A DNA stretch of 20,000 nucleotides from Rhizaria sp. SCN 62-66 (taxonomy: Eukaryota): positions 54,215 through 74,214 of the forward strand of contig MEDY01000112.1 in assembly GCA_001724265.1 (NCBI GenBank), given 5' to 3'. Under the pieces are notes generated by a model. That model was not told the origin of the DNA. It saw nothing but the letters and a program-made list of their open reading frames with translations, and ran no database searches. Shown one piece after another: positions 17,311 to 20,000 of the stretch (position 1 is the first letter of the stretch; every line of letters starts with the position of its first letter). The translations under genes and the position numbers were made by a program.

Positions 17311-20000
17311 ATGTCGTTCGCCGACCTGCCCGACGCGATGGACATGGCGGACGCCGCGGACGCCTTCAGCCCAGTCGAGGGCGCGCAACTGCTCCGCGAC
17401 CTGCGCCTGCGCTGGGACCCCTGCCAGGTCCTCGACGACGACGCCGACGCCGACTTCGACTGGGAGCCTTTCACGGCGCTGCTGACGTTCCACCGCGTTG
17501 ACGACGGCGTTGTCATCGACAAAGGCTCGCAGGCCCACGCGCTGTACTTCATCCTCGAGGGCGTGGTCCGCGTCATGGTCGATGACGTGTCGATCGCCGA
17601 AGTCCCCGCCGGCACCGTACTGGGCGCGCAGGGGCTGTTTGAGACGGTGCGTGAGAAGCCCAACAAGCTCGTTGCGCACGAAATCACGACTTTCGCGCGG
17701 CTCGACTACTTGCAGCTGCGTGCATTCGCGGGCATGTACCCCGAGAGCTACGGCAAGCTCGTCAACATCCTCGCCACGCACGCCGTCGAGGGCTTCAAGA
17801 AGAACATCAAGGACCGCACGCGGCACGGGCTGCCGATTGTGGAGGACCGCCCCAAGGGCATGGCGGCGCTGGGCTTTGCCGTCGCCGCTGTCGCCATGCG
17901 CAAGAACAACCGCAAGCTCATCGACGCTGCCAACTCGATGGCCAACTCGGCCAACGCTAACTTCGCCGCCGCGGCCGCCGCGGCTGCCGCGGGCAGCGCA
18001 GGCGCGGGTGGCGCGGCGGGCGGCGTGGACGTGGGGGCCCGCAGCGACGCTGTCAAGCACGCCATCGGTGACTGTGTCGGCCCGGCCTCGGCGCTCGAAG
18101 CGCCGAAACGCACCAAGATGCAGTCCAAGGTGGCGGAGAACATTCACAACACACACGCGCTGGCCCGCGCGCGCGACAATGACAAGGTCTCGAAGGCGCA
18201 GTACGACGAGCTCTCGGCGAAGCACAGCGTGTTGTTGGCCACGGTCAACGGCACGATGCAGATCAACGGCTCGCTGCGCGCGGAGCTGCAGCAGACGCGA
18301 GAGGCGCGCGACAAGCTGCGCACCGAGAACGATCGCGTGCACGCCGACAAGCGCGGTGTGCAGGCGCAGGTGACGGCGCTGAAGCAGCAGATCGAGCGGT
18401 TGCGCGCTGAGGCGGCTGAGATGTCGACGGCGCTGGCGCAGGAGTCGACCGTGGCCGCGTCGCTGCGCCTGCAGCTGAGCATGGGCGACGCGCGTTCGCA
18501 GGAGGACCTTGACGCCGTCACGCAGCAGATGCTGCGCGACACAATGGAGTGGCGCGTCAAGGCGCAGCAGCTCGAGTCGGAGCTTCTGGCCGCGCGTGCC
18601 GCCGCCGAGGAGGACGCCGCGGCCGCGCGCGCGGTGATCGAGGCGCGCACGGCCGAGCTGGCTGTTATGGCGCGACGGTACTTCACGCTGCAGCGCGCAT
18701 CGCAGGGCGCGATCGCGGCGTGGCAAACGCAGTGCGATGACCACGCGCGCGCCGCCGCCGAGGCCCGTGCGGACGCAGACGCCACCCGCAAGGCGCGGCG
18801 CGCCGTGCAGAGCGCCAAGGAGGACGCCGACGAGCTCGTGCGGCGCCTCGAAGCGGCGCTCGAGGCGCGCGGCGCGGAGCTGGAGGAGGCGCGCGTGAGC
18901 GGCCACCGCGCGCGCGCTCAGCGGGCCCGCGTCGAGCGGCAGATGGACCTGGTGGCCAAGCGCGTTGGCGTTCAGCTAGTCGTCATGTTCGGCAAGGTCT
19001 ACCTCGCCAAGCGCCGCGTCGCTGCCGTTGCAGCGGCCTTATGCACGTTGCTCGACGCGCTGGGCCCGGCGCTGCGCGTCGGCGAGGCCGAGCTCGCTAC
19101 GGCGCGACTCCGGCTCGGCCAGGATAAGCTCCAGCAGCAGCAACAGCAGCAGGGGCAGCAGAAGCAGGCCCCAGGTGGCGGTCTCGGTGGCCGCGGCGGC
19201 CCCCCGGCCCTGATGTTGCCCGGCGGTGGCGGAGGCGGCGCGGGCGCGCTGCCGCTGAGCGCGCTGCTGGACGAGCCGGGCCCCGGGTTGCGCGTGTACG
19301 ACGCCCGCGAGTGCGCGCTCGTGCGCGAGCGGTTGCGCGCGGTCCGCGAGAACAGGCGGCTTGTCTTTAAGTCGGACGCCGACGGCGCGGACATCGCGGC
19401 TGGCTTCCACCCGCACTCGACGGCGTCCGCGGCTGGGGGCAAGGGCGACGCGGGCGGCGGCAAGGACAAGGACAAGGAGCACAAGGACGGTGGCAAGGAC
19501 CCCGAGGAGCACGACTACACGGACCCCTTGCCGACTCTGCTGCAGGTTGTGCGCGACGTCTCCGACGGCGTCTCGATGGCCGGGCTGGGGCTCGCGCGCC
19601 TGCTCGCCGTGCGCGACGCCGACCGGTCCCTCTTCTCGCACGCCGTCGACGGGCTGCTGGGGCCCGGCGAGCGCGGACACCTGGCCGGCGGGCACAACGC
19701 CTACGCCGCGGCGGTCCGCAGCATCCAGGACAACCGCGAGCTGCAGGTGCAGGTGCGCCGCCTCGGCGAGGACAATACGCTGCTACGCTCGCACCTCACG
19801 GCCATCACGCGCGGCTACTACGCCGGCGGCGCGGCGCCCCCCGCGGGCGCCGGCGCCGTCGCACTCATCGAGGACGTGCTCGCGCGCCAGCAGCAGGCCG
19901 CCGCCGCCGCCGCCGCCGCCGCAGGCGACGCGCCGGGCGGCGCCGCACTGGCGGGGGGCGCCGCGGCGGCCGTGGGCGCCGCGGCCATGGGCGCGAGCGC
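17311..20000 (+). CDS. Large protein, 3' incomplete (>890 aa): N-terminal cyclic-nucleotide-binding-like domain, coiled coil, Gly/Ala/Gln-rich segments
   Basis: Absent from the ORF track because the frame has no stop before the window ends. ATG 17311 gives MSFADLPDAMDMAD... then VIDKGSQAHALYFILEGVVRVMVDDVSIAEVPAGTVLG, a CAP/cNMP beta-barrel pattern. A heptad-like E/Q/R/A/L-rich stretch spans about 18150-18960. Strong GC3 bias throughout. Confidence 0.85.
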   Translation, partial: MSFADLPDAMDMADAADAFSPVEGAQLLRDLRLRWDPCQVLDDDADADFDWEPFTALLTFHRVDDGVVIDKGSQAHALYFILEGVVRVMVDDVSIAEVPAGTVLGAQGLFETVREKPNKLVAHEITTFARLDYLQLRAFAGMYPESYGKLVNILATHAVEGFKKNIKDRTRHGLPIVEDRPKGMAALGFAVAAVAMRKNNRKLIDAANSMANSANANFAAAAAAAAAGSAGAGGAAGGVDVGARSDAVKHAIGDCVGPASALEAPKRTKMQSKVAENIHNTHALARARDNDKVSKAQYDELSAKHSVLLATVNGTMQINGSLRAELQQTREARDKLRTENDRVHADKRGVQAQVTALKQQIERLRAEAAEMSTALAQESTVAASLRLQLSMGDARSQEDLDAVTQQMLRDTMEWRVKAQQLESELLAARAAAEEDAAAARAVIEARTAELAVMARRYFTLQRASQGAIAAWQTQCDDHARAAAEARADADATRKARRAVQSAKEDADELVRRLEAALEARGAELEEARVSGHRARAQRARVERQMDLVAKRVGVQLVVMFGKVYLAKRRVAAVAAALCTLLDALGPALRVGEAELATARLRLGQDKLQQQQQQQGQQKQAPGGGLGGRGGPPALMLPGGGGGGAGALPLSALLDEPGPGLRVYDARECALVRERLRAVRENRRLVFKSDADGADIAAGFHPHSTASAAGGKGDAGGGKDKDKEHKDGGKDPEEHDYTDPLPTLLQVVRDVSDGVSMAGLGLARLLAVRDADRSLFSHAVDGLLGPGERGHLAGGHNAYAAAVRSIQDNRELQVQVRRLGEDNTLLRSHLTAITRGYYAGGAAPPAGAGAVALIEDVLARQQQAAAAAAAAAGDAPGGAALAGGAAAAVGAAAMGAS

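Noticed and set aside
1-20000. Prokaryotic-type systems (CRISPR, operons, IS elements), tRNA or rRNA genes
   Set aside because: No repeat-spacer arrays, transposase motifs, terminal inverted repeats or tRNA/rRNA signatures were seen; gene content and introns are eukaryotic.

Overview
Gene-dense eukaryotic nuclear DNA, probably from a protist. Exons are very GC-rich, spacers are AT-richer, and the few GT-AG spliceosomal introns have GTAC(G)-type donors and pyrimidine tracts. Eight protein-coding genes are supported: the 3' exon of an unknown protein (+), a Sel1-like-repeat protein (+), a ZNF830/CCDC16-like zinc-finger protein (-), a small TM/Pro-Gln-rich protein (-), an unusually long MTR4 RNA helicase (-), mitochondrial pyruvate dehydrogenase E1 alpha (-), ribosomal protein eL14 (+), and a cNMP-domain/coiled-coil protein that runs off the window (+). 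Main finding: two unrelated conserved genes (ZNF830 at 5779-5781, MTR4 at 9502-9504) each carry one in-frame TAG with family-like sequence continuing in the same frame, while all seven visible gene ends use TAA (4) or TGA (3), never TAG. The simplest reading is a non-standard nuclear code in which UAG is a rare sense codon (Gln or Glu favoured) and UAA/UGA remain stops, a rare uncoupling of UAG from UAA. This rests on two sites only and needs genome-wide confirmation. Family assignments come from motifs recognised by eye, not from database searches.
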